Below, piece after piece: positions 37,548 through 47,483 of a stretch of 64,000 bases of DNA. The DNA lies in IMG/VR virus record IMGVR_UViG_3300037011_000237; one strand, 5' to 3'. This DNA is from an uncultured virus (IMG/VR IMGVR_UViG_3300037011_000237) (lineage: Duplodnaviria; Heunggongvirae; Uroviricota; Caudoviricetes). Numbering within the stretch: position 1 is the first letter of the stretch; every line of letters begins with the position of its first letter. A program made the translations under genes and the position numbers. The notes under the pieces are model-generated. The model did not search any database. It had not been told where the DNA came from and saw only the letters and a program-made list of their open reading frames with translations.

Positions 37548-39095
37548 TTACCACCAGCTAGCCCTCATTAGTCGTTTCTTCTCAGTAGCAAAAAGAGAAT
37601 AATCATTGACCATATAGTAACTAGTCATAGCACAAAGTAGGGCGGCAGTAAAGTGATCATCACCTCTTTTTCCACCTCTTTGTGTAAGAGTTTTGTATGT
37701 GATTTCTCCAGTAGGAGACTTGGAGTAGGTCATTCTTTCCAACTCCGTAATCATTTCTGTATCAGTATAGGAATAAATAATCTTTCTGCTGTTAGTATAT
37801 TCCTGTAAAATAGACACAGAAAATGGTTTAGTTTTTTGTTTTATTTCTTTTCCTTCAGAATCTATTCCCATAGAAACCCAAGATGAGAAGTCTATAGGAA
37901 CTACTTTCTTTTTATAATCTTTATGAAGATAATCTCTATGCTCCAAAAGATTTTGCACCACAGAGATACCAGCACTACCCTTATCAATTCCTATAATATA
38001 TGGTTGATATTTAGTATCCAATAGGTCTATAAGTTTTTCTTGTAGTGGATAAGAAACCTTAGTAAGTTTTATCTTTGCATGAAACTTAATATATCCATTA
38101 GGTTCTTCATACATTATCCAGATAGCAGTAGGTTCAGTATATCCTAGGTCAACCCCCACAATACAACCTTTATTCTTTTCTGGAATAGGAGGAAGAATTG
38201 CTATATTCCCTATAACATTTACTAGGTTGTCTCCTTCCCTAACACCATCAAATTCAAACTTATATACGGGATAAGACTGAATATCAAAGGCATTTCTGTC
38301 AAATAGAGAGAAAACAGGTTTCCCATGCTGTCCCAGAACCAAGTGTATGTAATCATCAGAACCTTCTCCATTATATTGTTCTATGGCTTTTTGTTTATCT
38401 TCATTAGTAAATCTAGGATTTTGAGAGGCAGAAATTCTATGTTTAGTATAGCTGGTATTTTCTTGGTCTGTATGCCATAGAACATTCTTTTCACGCAATC
38501 CTGTTGGAACTCCAGAAGTTGACATTTTAAATCCGGATTGCCAAGTATTTAAAATAGGTTGCATTTCCACCCATGTTCCCCAAGGATAATAACCAGATTC
38601 ATCTACCCATACATAGGGAGTATGCAAACCAATAACGTTTGCCCCTGTACCACTCATACCAGCAATACGACACATTAATTTTGATTGATTTTTTAATGAT
38701 ATAGAAAACTCTGAGCCGTTAATTCCACCATTTCTTTCAATGTAATGTTGTAATAAAGAATTAGACCTGAATATTCTGGTAAGATTTGCAAACACAGGTT
38801 CTAGGTGAACCTTACTAGGAACAGAATAAACTATATAATTTTCTGGAAAAATATTAAATATTAATGCCCAAGTAATATTTAATGATATGGCTTGCGTCTT
38901 TCCTACAGCACGAGCAGCCATCATAGACACATAATGATTGAAGTCACATAAATATTCTTTTTGATAGATGGATAAGATAAATTCTTCCTCATATTCGGTC
39001 CTATCTATGTTCATTAAAAACTCTCCGAATAAAACAGGGTTTTTAAATATTTCATAGATAATGAGGTCATCCCTAGTACATTTTTCCTCAATCAT
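37548..39095 (-). CDS. terL: terminase large subunit
   Basis: Walker A ARAVGKT, Walker B VWVDES, SGVP coupling motif, nuclease VGVDLG, GIDKG, DDHFTAA. Confidence 0.92.
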   Translation of the reverse strand: MIEEKCTRDDLIIYEIFKNPVLFGEFLMNIDRTEYEEEFILSIYQKEYLCDFNHYVSMMAARAVGKTQAISLNITWALIFNIFPENYIVYSVPSKVHLEPVFANLTRIFRSNSLLQHYIERNGGINGSEFSISLKNQSKLMCRIAGMSGTGANVIGLHTPYVWVDESGYYPWGTWVEMQPILNTWQSGFKMSTSGVPTGLREKNVLWHTDQENTSYTKHRISASQNPRFTNEDKQKAIEQYNGEGSDDYIHLVLGQHGKPVFSLFDRNAFDIQSYPVYKFEFDGVREGDNLVNVIGNIAILPPIPEKNKGCIVGVDLGYTEPTAIWIMYEEPNGYIKFHAKIKLTKVSYPLQEKLIDLLDTKYQPYIIGIDKGSAGISVVQNLLEHRDYLHKDYKKKVVPIDFSSWVSMGIDSEGKEIKQKTKPFSVSILQEYTNSRKIIYSYTDTEMITELERMTYSKSPTGEITYKTLTQRGGKRGDDHFTAALLCAMTSYYMVNDYSLFATEKKRLMRASWW

Positions 39096-39919
39096 AGTTT
39101 TTTATAAATATCTCCGCAAATTGTCTTCCAAGAAAACCTATCTCTTATATATGCTATCTGTTTCGGTGAAAGTGGCTTATATTCTGATTCAAAAATACTA
39201 GCAAGTTGTTTTACTATATCACCTTTCATATCAATATACTTTCCAAAATCTTTATAGTAAGAATAAGTGGGAAGATTCGGAACTATTGGCACTGCACCAG
39301 TCATTGCACCCTCTATACAATGCATTTCAAATCCTTCTATTATCCTAAGTCCTGTAACATACTTAACTCTTTGAAGAAAACTTGTATACCAAGAATCTGT
39401 CATATATTCCATAAATTGATAACGACTATCGTTCCATTTAAAGTTTTCACCAGTATGTAACATGGTCTTATTTGCTAAAACACAAGCTTCGAATACTTTA
39501 TCTAAACATTCTGTTTCTGCAACATGCCCTGAAGAGAAAACAGTATATGTTCTTTGAACTTTACTTATAGGAAATAAATCTGGTTCTGCTCCTAAAGGAG
39601 TTCTAAGGAACTTAGAAGCATCATTTATATAACCTGTAAGGTCATGAAAAGATAGTGTTAGTTTACATTCGTTCCATAAAGTTGCCCAATTAGTAACTGG
39701 TATATCGGTAGTATAAAGGCACTGTTGAAACATAACTACATTGCTTAAAGAAGTTTTGGACATTAAATATTCATATTCTTTTTTTCCCACTACTTGTATA
39801 ATTTCTATATCTGGATTTGTAGTTACCCAGTCAACATTAGGGAAATGTGTTCTCAATGCCAAACTTATTCTTTTAAATGCTCTACCAAAATCAGGATTAC
39901 TATTTTCAAATATTCTCAT
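39092..39919 (-). CDS. glycosyltransferase (GT-B, GT4-like)
   Basis: PLGAEPDLF, EGFEMHCIEGAMTGAVPIV (Ex7E), RFSWKTI. Confidence 0.8.
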   Translation of the reverse strand: MRIFENSNPDFGRAFKRISLALRTHFPNVDWVTTNPDIEIIQVVGKKEYEYLMSKTSLSNVVMFQQCLYTTDIPVTNWATLWNECKLTLSFHDLTGYINDASKFLRTPLGAEPDLFPISKVQRTYTVFSSGHVAETECLDKVFEACVLANKTMLHTGENFKWNDSRYQFMEYMTDSWYTSFLQRVKYVTGLRIIEGFEMHCIEGAMTGAVPIVPNLPTYSYYKDFGKYIDMKGDIVKQLASIFESEYKPLSPKQIAYIRDRFSWKTICGDIYKKL

Positions 39920-39920
39920 T

Positions 39921-40778
39921 TTACCTACTTTCTATTGCTTCTGAAATTTTATCCGCAACTAATTTAGGATGTATTGCATTAGACCAAAACTGCCTCATTA
40001 ACACATCTTTACTATGAGTGAAAGAACATCCCGGTTCCCTATATGTAAAAGTAACTAATCTTTTATTTGGGTCAAACCAATTTTGTTTCACTTGAGAACA
40101 AGTATGTGGTCCAGAATATCTACCAGCAATAACACCACAAAAAGTACTCAAATAGGAAATTTCATTTATATCAAAACCATCGGTGGTTTTAGTAATGTCA
40201 CCTGTAAAAAATACATTTGTAAGGTCTGTTTTAAATTTATTGGTAAGTATAAATGTTTTTTGTGGATATCTTAAAGATAAAAAATTTATTGTTTGAACGA
40301 AATTAAAATTTGCGGCTTGTCCAGATAAAACATCTCCGTTACAAATTAATATTTTATCTCCTGTGCATTTCTCTACAAATGCATCCACCCCTTGAATTTG
40401 AAATTTTGTATAATCAATAGTTGTAAGATACTCTAATGGAATTCCTTTTAATGGTTCAAATCCTAATTCTAAAAGTATTTCATTGTTCATTTCAAAGATA
40501 GACTCTACTGTACAACCATACTTTAAACCCTTTTGACCAATCCAAGTAGAAATATATAAACAATTATCTTCTACCGTGTGACTTATTCCAACATTCATTT
40601 TATCTGTAATAGGAGTATATTGTAAGTTATCAATGTCTATTAACATTCTTGGAGGTTTGTTATGAGCATAAAAATATTCTTTGGCAGGGATTATTTTCAT
40701 ACATTCCCTAACAAATTCTCTACTTTCAAATACATCTCCTACTCCATACGGATTAAACCAAACTACTTTATCATACAT
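39921..40778 (-). CDS. glycosyltransferase-like protein (GT9-like motifs)
   Basis: N-terminal GVGDV and C-terminal IAGRYSGPH resemble the GD and DSGPxH motifs of GT9. Confidence 0.5.
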   Translation of the reverse strand: MYDKVVWFNPYGVGDVFESREFVRECMKIIPAKEYFYAHNKPPRMLIDIDNLQYTPITDKMNVGISHTVEDNCLYISTWIGQKGLKYGCTVESIFEMNNEILLELGFEPLKGIPLEYLTTIDYTKFQIQGVDAFVEKCTGDKILICNGDVLSGQAANFNFVQTINFLSLRYPQKTFILTNKFKTDLTNVFFTGDITKTTDGFDINEISYLSTFCGVIAGRYSGPHTCSQVKQNWFDPNKRLVTFTYREPGCSFTHSKDVLMRQFWSNAIHPKLVADKISEAIESR

Positions 40779-41709
40779 GGAATAATGAAGCCATTCCTTT
40801 CTTTAGATTTTCTGAAGACCAAGCAACATAAAATTCTTCTAGTGGTTTGGTTCCTAAGTTCATAATTTCTTTTATTGAGTGTTTATCTATATTAATTTCA
40901 TCTTTTAATACATGTCTAAATGAATTATTAGAATCTACCGCTATTGACCTTTTTACTGATAATGCATAATCTAAAGAACTAGCCAATCCAAATTGTGGTA
41001 AATCATTATACATAAAAATATTAATATCGTTTCTTGCTAGAAAATCTAACATTGTCTTATTATCAAAAAGGTCATGTGTTATATTAAGTTGTATACCAGG
41101 ATTAGTATTTAATTTTATACACCTAATTACCATTTCTTGTAACATTGATTTATAAACATCACAAAAAGGAGACCAAACCATATGTAAATTAAAAATAGCT
41201 TTATCAAATTCTTTATTAATTCGCTTAGTTAAAGTATCAAATCCCTTTTGATAACTACTCATAAACCCGAAGGTTCCAATTGTTGGTATATCATTTTTTG
41301 GATATAAATTAACATAGTTAAATAATGGTCTGGTTAGAGTAACGCACTTTTCTGGAGATAATATATTACTTGAATCTATAATTCCATTTTGTATTCCATA
41401 ATCACCAAAAAATATGTACTTATCATAATATTTTCTAATAGGTCTTTCATGAAAAACATAATAGTGTGGAATTTTTGATGGAATTTTATGTGTATAAGGA
41501 AGCCAACTCATAACTGTACTATACCAATTTAAAAATACAAAATCTGGTTTAATTGTAAGTAATAAATTCATATATTCATTAAGAGAAGTTGGTTCCTTAT
41601 AAATATAATTTATCCCTTCAGAATCTTTTACTATTTCATATACACGGTTACCAAATTGGTAAATACCACAATTAGCTACTGTAGAATTTATAAATAATAC
41701 TGTTTTCAA
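40771..41709 (-). CDS. glycosyltransferase-like protein, paralog 1
   Basis: CGIYQFG, PTIGTFGF..KGFD, NDINIFMY, SSLDYALSVKRSIAV (GT-B C-terminal domain pattern). Confidence 0.65.
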   Translation of the reverse strand: MKTVLFINSTVANCGIYQFGNRVYEIVKDSEGINYIYKEPTSLNEYMNLLLTIKPDFVFLNWYSTVMSWLPYTHKIPSKIPHYYVFHERPIRKYYDKYIFFGDYGIQNGIIDSSNILSPEKCVTLTRPLFNYVNLYPKNDIPTIGTFGFMSSYQKGFDTLTKRINKEFDKAIFNLHMVWSPFCDVYKSMLQEMVIRCIKLNTNPGIQLNITHDLFDNKTMLDFLARNDINIFMYNDLPQFGLASSLDYALSVKRSIAVDSNNSFRHVLKDEINIDKHSIKEIMNLGTKPLEEFYVAWSSENLKKGMASLFHV

Positions 41710-42650
41710 GTTATTTCCTCTAGAATATTTTCAAATGATTTAACAAAATTATCATTTGAAAATGCATCATAAATTGGTTTTAATGGGTCTATTCCTCTAC
41801 CCATTATTTCTTTTATAGAAGAATTTTCAATACAAATTGAAGGTACTAAACTATACAGATGTTCAAACATAGGAACTTTGGTTACTGCTATTGGGCGTTT
41901 TACAGAAAGAGCAAAATCTGTTGAGCCAGCAATTCCATCTGTTTTAGAAGCATCATAAAAGAAACAATTAATATCATTACCGGCTAAAAATTCCAAAACT
42001 TGATTATCGGTAAGAAAATCTCTATTAACTTGTAAACTAATCCTTGGTTTGGTTATTTTAGTTCTACATAACTCTATTGTTGCGTCTGTTACAAAACCAT
42101 TTACATCTCCATGAAATGAATTAGAAATGGCAAATTTAATATCAGCAACATCAAACTCTTCATTTATTTTTTCTACAATGTAATCAAATCTTTTACTTGG
42201 AAATCCAAATCCAAAACTACCTATTGTAGGAACTGTATTTTTTGGATACCCTCCAGAATACTCCAACAAATATCTAATTGGAACAATAAAAACTCTACTT
42301 GCCATTTCTGAAGAAATGTTGGCTTTTGATATCATATATATAAAATAATTAAAACCAATCGCATTTTTTTCTATGGAGTATCCTTCATGTATTATGGCTA
42401 CGTGCTTAATACTTTTAAACTGTTCTAATGTTTCTTTGGTTAAGTATGGTAGGGTAGAAGGACTATAGTTATACAAAACTACATCTGGTTTTATGGCAGA
42501 TATTTCACCAATAATATCTGACTCTCTAATTACCATTCTGTAAATAAAATTGAATTTCTTAGATGTTCTAAGTATCTTTGGTATTCTTTCTGCCCACTGT
42601 TGTATTCCACAAGGCTTAATACTATTATTTATTATAAGAATTTTTTTCAT
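41706..42650 (-). CDS. glycosyltransferase-like protein, paralog 2
   Basis: CGIQQWA, PTIGSFGF..KRFD, NDINCFFY, GSTDFALSVKRPIAV. Confidence 0.65.
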   Translation of the reverse strand: MKKILIINNSIKPCGIQQWAERIPKILRTSKKFNFIYRMVIRESDIIGEISAIKPDVVLYNYSPSTLPYLTKETLEQFKSIKHVAIIHEGYSIEKNAIGFNYFIYMISKANISSEMASRVFIVPIRYLLEYSGGYPKNTVPTIGSFGFGFPSKRFDYIVEKINEEFDVADIKFAISNSFHGDVNGFVTDATIELCRTKITKPRISLQVNRDFLTDNQVLEFLAGNDINCFFYDASKTDGIAGSTDFALSVKRPIAVTKVPMFEHLYSLVPSICIENSSIKEIMGRGIDPLKPIYDAFSNDNFVKSFENILEEIT

Positions 42651-43591
42651 ATTAATCCCTTTTCATGAAGAAGTTCCTTAAACTTCTCACGAAATTTATT
42701 TGGATGCCAATCTTCTTGCATTTGTTTAACTCCAGATTGTGTAGAAACTATAAGTTCTTCATAAGATTGTTTAGGATAATAAGAAATATATTTATGCAGA
42801 TGTCTGAAAGTATTACAGTCAGTAATTGCTATTGGCCTTCCAGCAGAAATAGCTTGGTCTGTTACTGCTGAAAGTCCAGATAAATCTCTATAATATGGAA
42901 AAGAATTTATAGTGTGTTCTGAACACCATCTAATTAATTCTGGTTTCGACATATAATCATGAGTTACTATTACTTCAACATCTGGATTAGCTAGTCTTTT
43001 AAGGGTATCTCCATATTGCTTTAACATTGAGAGTGGAATACCAGTAAATTGACCTTCTGGAAAATTAAATCTTACAATACAATTTCCGATTTTATTTGCA
43101 TTTTCCACTACTTCATAAAATCTTTTATATGATAAAGCAGCACCTGTTGGACATACCAATCCAAAACCGCCAATAACCGTTTTATCTGTACTTAACAAAG
43201 GTTTTAAATCAGAAACTACTTCTAGTGGTCTAGGAAAAGGATAGTAGTTTTTTGTTCTTTCTTTGGTTGGGTCTATAATCATATAGGCATCAACTACAGG
43301 AGGAGTATATGGAAGATACACCGTTGGGGTAACTTCCAAAACTACTATTATTTTTGTTCCTTTTAGCCTATTAATATTCTTTTGAGTAATTGGTAAGGTA
43401 AATGGATGCCAGTTAAAAACATAAAAATCATATTTGGCTTGAGAAATTAATATGTTTCCAAGCCTATCTACTTCCTTATACTCTAAAGAATAATTTGGCT
43501 CTCCGCCCATAAGGGCATCTTTTATCATTACTCCGGCCTCATAAATGCTACAATTAGCACGTTGTTGATTTACAAAAACTCCTTTTAGCAT
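42647..43591 (-). CDS. glycosyltransferase-like protein, paralog 3
   Basis: CSIYEAG, VIGGFGL..KRFY, TINSFPY, AVTDQAISAGRPIAI. Confidence 0.65.
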   Translation of the reverse strand: MLKGVFVNQQRANCSIYEAGVMIKDALMGGEPNYSLEYKEVDRLGNILISQAKYDFYVFNWHPFTLPITQKNINRLKGTKIIVVLEVTPTVYLPYTPPVVDAYMIIDPTKERTKNYYPFPRPLEVVSDLKPLLSTDKTVIGGFGLVCPTGAALSYKRFYEVVENANKIGNCIVRFNFPEGQFTGIPLSMLKQYGDTLKRLANPDVEVIVTHDYMSKPELIRWCSEHTINSFPYYRDLSGLSAVTDQAISAGRPIAITDCNTFRHLHKYISYYPKQSYEELIVSTQSGVKQMQEDWHPNKFREKFKELLHEKGLI

Positions 43592-43843
43592 TTATTTATC
43601 CTTGTTATATGTTTTAGTTATATTTGTATACTTACCAAATCCAAGTAATTCATCAATTGCCCGTATTAATTCCGTTCTTTTTGCATTAGTTTGCTGTGCA
43701 GTAATAGCAGAAGATAATCTTTCTTCGTCTGATAAAGATAAATCCATCAGTTTGTCCTGCGAAAACCAGCAGCGTATGTTATTGGAAATTAATTCATCAA
43801 TTAATTGTGCCACAGTTTTTTCTTTTATGTTCATAGATTCCAC
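43592..43843 (-). CDS. small helical protein (DUF4254-like)
   Basis: LIDELISNNIRCWFSQD...NAKRTELIRAIDE pattern. Confidence 0.5.
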   Translation of the reverse strand: MESMNIKEKTVAQLIDELISNNIRCWFSQDKLMDLSLSDEERLSSAITAQQTNAKRTELIRAIDELLGFGKYTNITKTYNKDK

Positions 43844-45051
43844 CCACCATCTTTTGTTCTAACATGGGGATAAGGAAGCATATATAAAGCAAGTCCACCT
43901 CGCTCAAGAAAATCTTTTAGGATTCTATCGAATGTTTCTGTAAAATGCCAAGCCAAAACAATTATTACTGCCGGTTTTGCATCAAAAACTTCCTTCTCTG
44001 GGATTATGGGAATATTAGTTCCAGAAGTTCGTAAACCAAATTTGTCTTCGTTTACCTCTCCAATGGCTTTAATCCATTTATTATCAAGTTCCATCACTTG
44101 TAACATAGTATTAGCTTTTGTACTTGCAGCTAAAGCATAAACACTATCTATACCATATGGCAATAAAAATGTTTGTATATGTTCTTTAAACTTTTCTATA
44201 TTACTTTTAAGTTTTTCTACAGAAACTACACCCATTTGAAAATCAAAAAATTCTTGTGCAATAGCATTTTTTACTTTTATGGATTCTGGATATTTATTCA
44301 AATAAGAAATGTATACTCTTAAAGAGCCGCCATTTACCTTATTATATTCCATATCAAAAATTTCAAGGTCATGCCATCTCATAAACACATCCAAATCTGA
44401 AAGTGTATAATATTCCAAATGTTCAGAATTTAAATCATCTACCCCATTAACCTTTAACATTGAATATAAATCCATTAACTGAATAACCCAAATACCATCT
44501 TTATCTAAAATAAACTTTACATCCTCTATAAATTTATTTGGGTCTGGTAGATCATAAAACATGGCTATCGTTGTGATAACTTTCGCCCTAGCCAACCCAA
44601 AAGGATACAAATCCCTAGAAAAATAATCATTAATAAAATAGTCACTGTTTTTCTCCGCCCGCTCCTGTAGGTTTGGGGCTGGGTCAAAACCAACTCTCTT
44701 TATATTTTTGTTAGAATACATTCCTAGCATAGAACCATCATTACAACCAATGTCTACTACTATGTCTCCATCTTTGAGTTCTATTCTCTTTTCTATATTT
44801 TCCACAATATCTTTTAGGTCTTTTAACATAGACCCATTTAATCCAGACCTATACCAATAATGATCTTTATACATAAAATCTAAATCTGGAGTGTCTCTTA
44901 ATTGATGCAGACCACAATTATCACATCTTGCTAATGCAAGAGTATCTTTTACTGACTCTTCTCCCTCTTTTAAGAAATCAGAAAGATAAAAATCTCCTAG
45001 GTCATAAACCGTTCTTAAAATTCCACCACACATTCTACAATTAGCAATCAT
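43831..45051 (-). CDS. NDP-sugar C-methyltransferase (Zn-binding N-terminus, SAM domain, C-methyltransferase C-terminal domain)
   Basis: CRMCG..., CDNCGLHQL, YWYRSG, VDIGCNDG, EHLEYY, NGGSLR, ASTKANT, LAWHF. Confidence 0.88.
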   Translation of the reverse strand: MIANCRMCGGILRTVYDLGDFYLSDFLKEGEESVKDTLALARCDNCGLHQLRDTPDLDFMYKDHYWYRSGLNGSMLKDLKDIVENIEKRIELKDGDIVVDIGCNDGSMLGMYSNKNIKRVGFDPAPNLQERAEKNSDYFINDYFSRDLYPFGLARAKVITTIAMFYDLPDPNKFIEDVKFILDKDGIWVIQLMDLYSMLKVNGVDDLNSEHLEYYTLSDLDVFMRWHDLEIFDMEYNKVNGGSLRVYISYLNKYPESIKVKNAIAQEFFDFQMGVVSVEKLKSNIEKFKEHIQTFLLPYGIDSVYALAASTKANTMLQVMELDNKWIKAIGEVNEDKFGLRTSGTNIPIIPEKEVFDAKPAVIIVLAWHFTETFDRILKDFLERGGLALYMLPYPHVRTKDGGWNL

Positions 45052-46012
45052 TTTGTTTCTCCAATTTTAAATCGGCCTCCACCATCATTTCAACCAACTG
45101 TTGAAAACTAACTTCTGGTTTCCAGCCTAGTATAGTATGCGCCTTAGTACAATCAGATAATAATGTGTCTGTTTCTGCTGGTCTGTAGAACAGTGGGTCT
45201 ATAACTACATAATCCTCGTAATTTAAACCTACATGGCTAAAAGCAATTGAACAAAATTCTCTTATTGTGTGAGTTATTTCAGAACCTATTATAAAATCAT
45301 CTGGAATATCTTGCTGTAGAATTAACCACATTGCTCTAACATAATCACCAGCAAATCCCCAATCTCTTTTAGACTCTATATTTCCTAAACGAAGTTCCTT
45401 ATCTAGACCTAACTTAATTCTAGCAACCCCATTACTTATTTTTCTTGTTACAAATTCTATTCCTCGTCTTGGAGATTCGTGATTCATTAAAATACCAGAT
45501 GCAGCAAATGTTTTAAATGATTCACGATAATTGCGTGTAATATAGAAACCAAAACATTTAGCAACTCCATATGGACTTCTTGGATAGAATGGAGTTTTTT
45601 CATTTTGTGGAATTTCCTGAACCTTACCAAACATTTCTGATGTAGATGCTTGATAAAATTTAGTATCTGGTTTAATTCTTTTTATTGCTTCCAAGCATCT
45701 AAGTGGACCAATTGCATCGATATCAGCAGTATATTCTGGAATTTTCCATGATGTAGGAACAAAAGACATTGCTCCTAAATTATAAAATTCGTCTGGTTTA
45801 TATTTTTCCATTATAGTAGAAATGGAGTTACCATCCGAGAGGTCTCCGTAAACTAATTCTATATCTTTTAAAATATGATTAACATTTAAAGTATTTACAG
45901 TACTAGACCTACGAACCATACCAACAACATTATATCCTTTTTCTAATAGAAGTTCAGCCAAATAACTTCCATCTTGCCCTGTTGCACCAGTTATAAAAGC
46001 AGTTTTGCTCAT
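45041..46012 (-). CDS. gmd: GDP-mannose 4,6-dehydratase
   Basis: ITGATGQDGSYLAELLL, FYQASTSEMFG, PRSPYGVAK, NHESPRRG, RDWGFAGDYV. Confidence 0.97.
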   Translation of the reverse strand: MSKTAFITGATGQDGSYLAELLLEKGYNVVGMVRRSSTVNTLNVNHILKDIELVYGDLSDGNSISTIMEKYKPDEFYNLGAMSFVPTSWKIPEYTADIDAIGPLRCLEAIKRIKPDTKFYQASTSEMFGKVQEIPQNEKTPFYPRSPYGVAKCFGFYITRNYRESFKTFAASGILMNHESPRRGIEFVTRKISNGVARIKLGLDKELRLGNIESKRDWGFAGDYVRAMWLILQQDIPDDFIIGSEITHTIREFCSIAFSHVGLNYEDYVVIDPLFYRPAETDTLLSDCTKAHTILGWKPEVSFQQLVEMMVEADLKLEKQNDC

Positions 46013-46576
46013 CTAATTCATTCCTTCCGGCATTACAAAATTAATATAAACAGCTATAATCCAAGATTTAAATTCTTCTGTTGACAATTGCTTTTTTGCA
46101 TAGTTACATTTCTTGCAACAAGGAACCACATTGCCTATAATATACCCTCTAGAACTATTAATTCTATCAATGCCACTAGAGGGGAAATATCCATTTCCAT
46201 TTGGTTCATGCCATCTTTCACTTGGTGATTCATTACAATAAAAGCAATTTTTACTGACTAATAAGATAAATTCTTCCTTTGTAAGTTCAAAAGATATGCC
46301 CCTATTTTTAGCAGAATTTTGATATGTTCTAAACAGATTGTTTAAATGTGCCATTCCATTTGGTAAAGAGTTATTTTTTCTTGCTGTTTCTGCTCGTAAA
46401 CATCCACAACTCATAACATGAGCATTTATAAGGTTTGTTCTTGATATAATTTTTTCATTTCCACAATCACAAATACATAACCATCTACTACGGCTATTTA
46501 TCAAGTCAACAAAGTCCTTAACAAGTAGTCTACCAAATTTTTTTCCTAATAAATCAGTTGTACTGGCTGGTTTCAT
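46013..46576 (-). CDS. HNH-type homing endonuclease
   Basis: GKKFGRL..WLCICDCGN..SCGC N-terminus; CFYC..GIDRINSSRGY..GNVVPCCKKCN. Confidence 0.85.
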   Translation of the reverse strand: MKPASTTDLLGKKFGRLLVKDFVDLINSRSRWLCICDCGNEKIISRTNLINAHVMSCGCLRAETARKNNSLPNGMAHLNNLFRTYQNSAKNRGISFELTKEEFILLVSKNCFYCNESPSERWHEPNGNGYFPSSGIDRINSSRGYIIGNVVPCCKKCNYAKKQLSTEEFKSWIIAVYINFVMPEGMN

Positions 46577-47274
46577 AGCATTCCCTCAGGCATAAGTTCT
46601 GGGTGATTAGTCCCACCATTTTCAAATAATTCTTTGGTGCTTACGTTCATAACTTGTCCACAAATTTCACCAGTTTCTCCATTTTCTGTAGGTCTATTGC
46701 AAACAAATCTTAGTTTATTCTTAGACTCTGTTGGATAAAGGGTCCATATCGTTGCTACTAACATATTGCACCTATCACAATAGACATAACTCATTTTACT
46801 TTCTGAAAATTTTTTTGCTTTCGCTTTTAAAGAATCTATAAAACTAATGATTGATGTTTCTTGGTCGGACTTTCTAAACTTTCTAGTAATCTTTAAATCA
46901 TTCTGGAAAGAAGAAATATCAGACCTTAAATCTGACATTACTTTTTGAATCTTATCAATTAACACAATATTATCTAAGGAAACAGTATTTGCTCTTTCTT
47001 TAAATAAAAATTGTTCATAGTCCTCTAATGCTATTTGGGCTTGAACTAATGCTCTTAATGTATCCATATCATTTATTTTCAAATCGTTTAGTTCATAGTC
47101 TTTTTCAAATTCGACTAGTTTTTTTTCGATTCGTTTTTCAAATTCTACGGATGGAGTAACATTTAAAACCTTTCTAGCAAACACCTTGTCAAAATCCTCA
47201 TCAGACATATCTCTGTACTGAATAAGATTTCTCATTTTGCGCTTATCTGGAATAGTTATTCGTTTTTCGCCCAT
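46573..47274 (-). CDS. putative terminase small subunit
   Basis: Helical protein with DLKITRK.RK and C-terminal Cys residues; first gene of the block leading to terL. Largely positional call. Confidence 0.4.
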   Translation of the reverse strand: MGEKRITIPDKRKMRNLIQYRDMSDEDFDKVFARKVLNVTPSVEFEKRIEKKLVEFEKDYELNDLKINDMDTLRALVQAQIALEDYEQFLFKERANTVSLDNIVLIDKIQKVMSDLRSDISSFQNDLKITRKFRKSDQETSIISFIDSLKAKAKKFSESKMSYVYCDRCNMLVATIWTLYPTESKNKLRFVCNRPTENGETGEICGQVMNVSTKELFENGGTNHPELMPEGML

Positions 47275-47483
47275 AATCTTTTATTTTTTCCTTTATTATT
47301 TAGTTTCTCTTGATAAGTATAACACAGTTTGATGTTTTGCAGTAAATATGCATCAATGTTTGATCTTACGTGCAAATCAAAACAGTCTCGATGAAACCAT
47401 AGGTTCACATATGGAACATCGAGACCTATCATTGAACGTTCCTGAAAAGATTCTATTGTTTTATTGCAATGAAAACAAATCAT
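47256..47483 (-). CDS. small Zn-finger-like protein
   Basis: CFHC...FHRDC. Confidence 0.6.
   Translation of the reverse strand: MICFHCNKTIESFQERSMIGLDVPYVNLWFHRDCFDLHVRSNIDAYLLQNIKLCYTYQEKLNNKGKNKRLWAKNE

Noticed and set aside
20411..46015. Stop-codon reassignment suggested by in-frame TAG-ATG junctions (20416-20411 and 46015-46010)
   Set aside because: Conserved genes are full length under the standard code, and similar TAA-ATG abutments are common, so this is tight gene packing.
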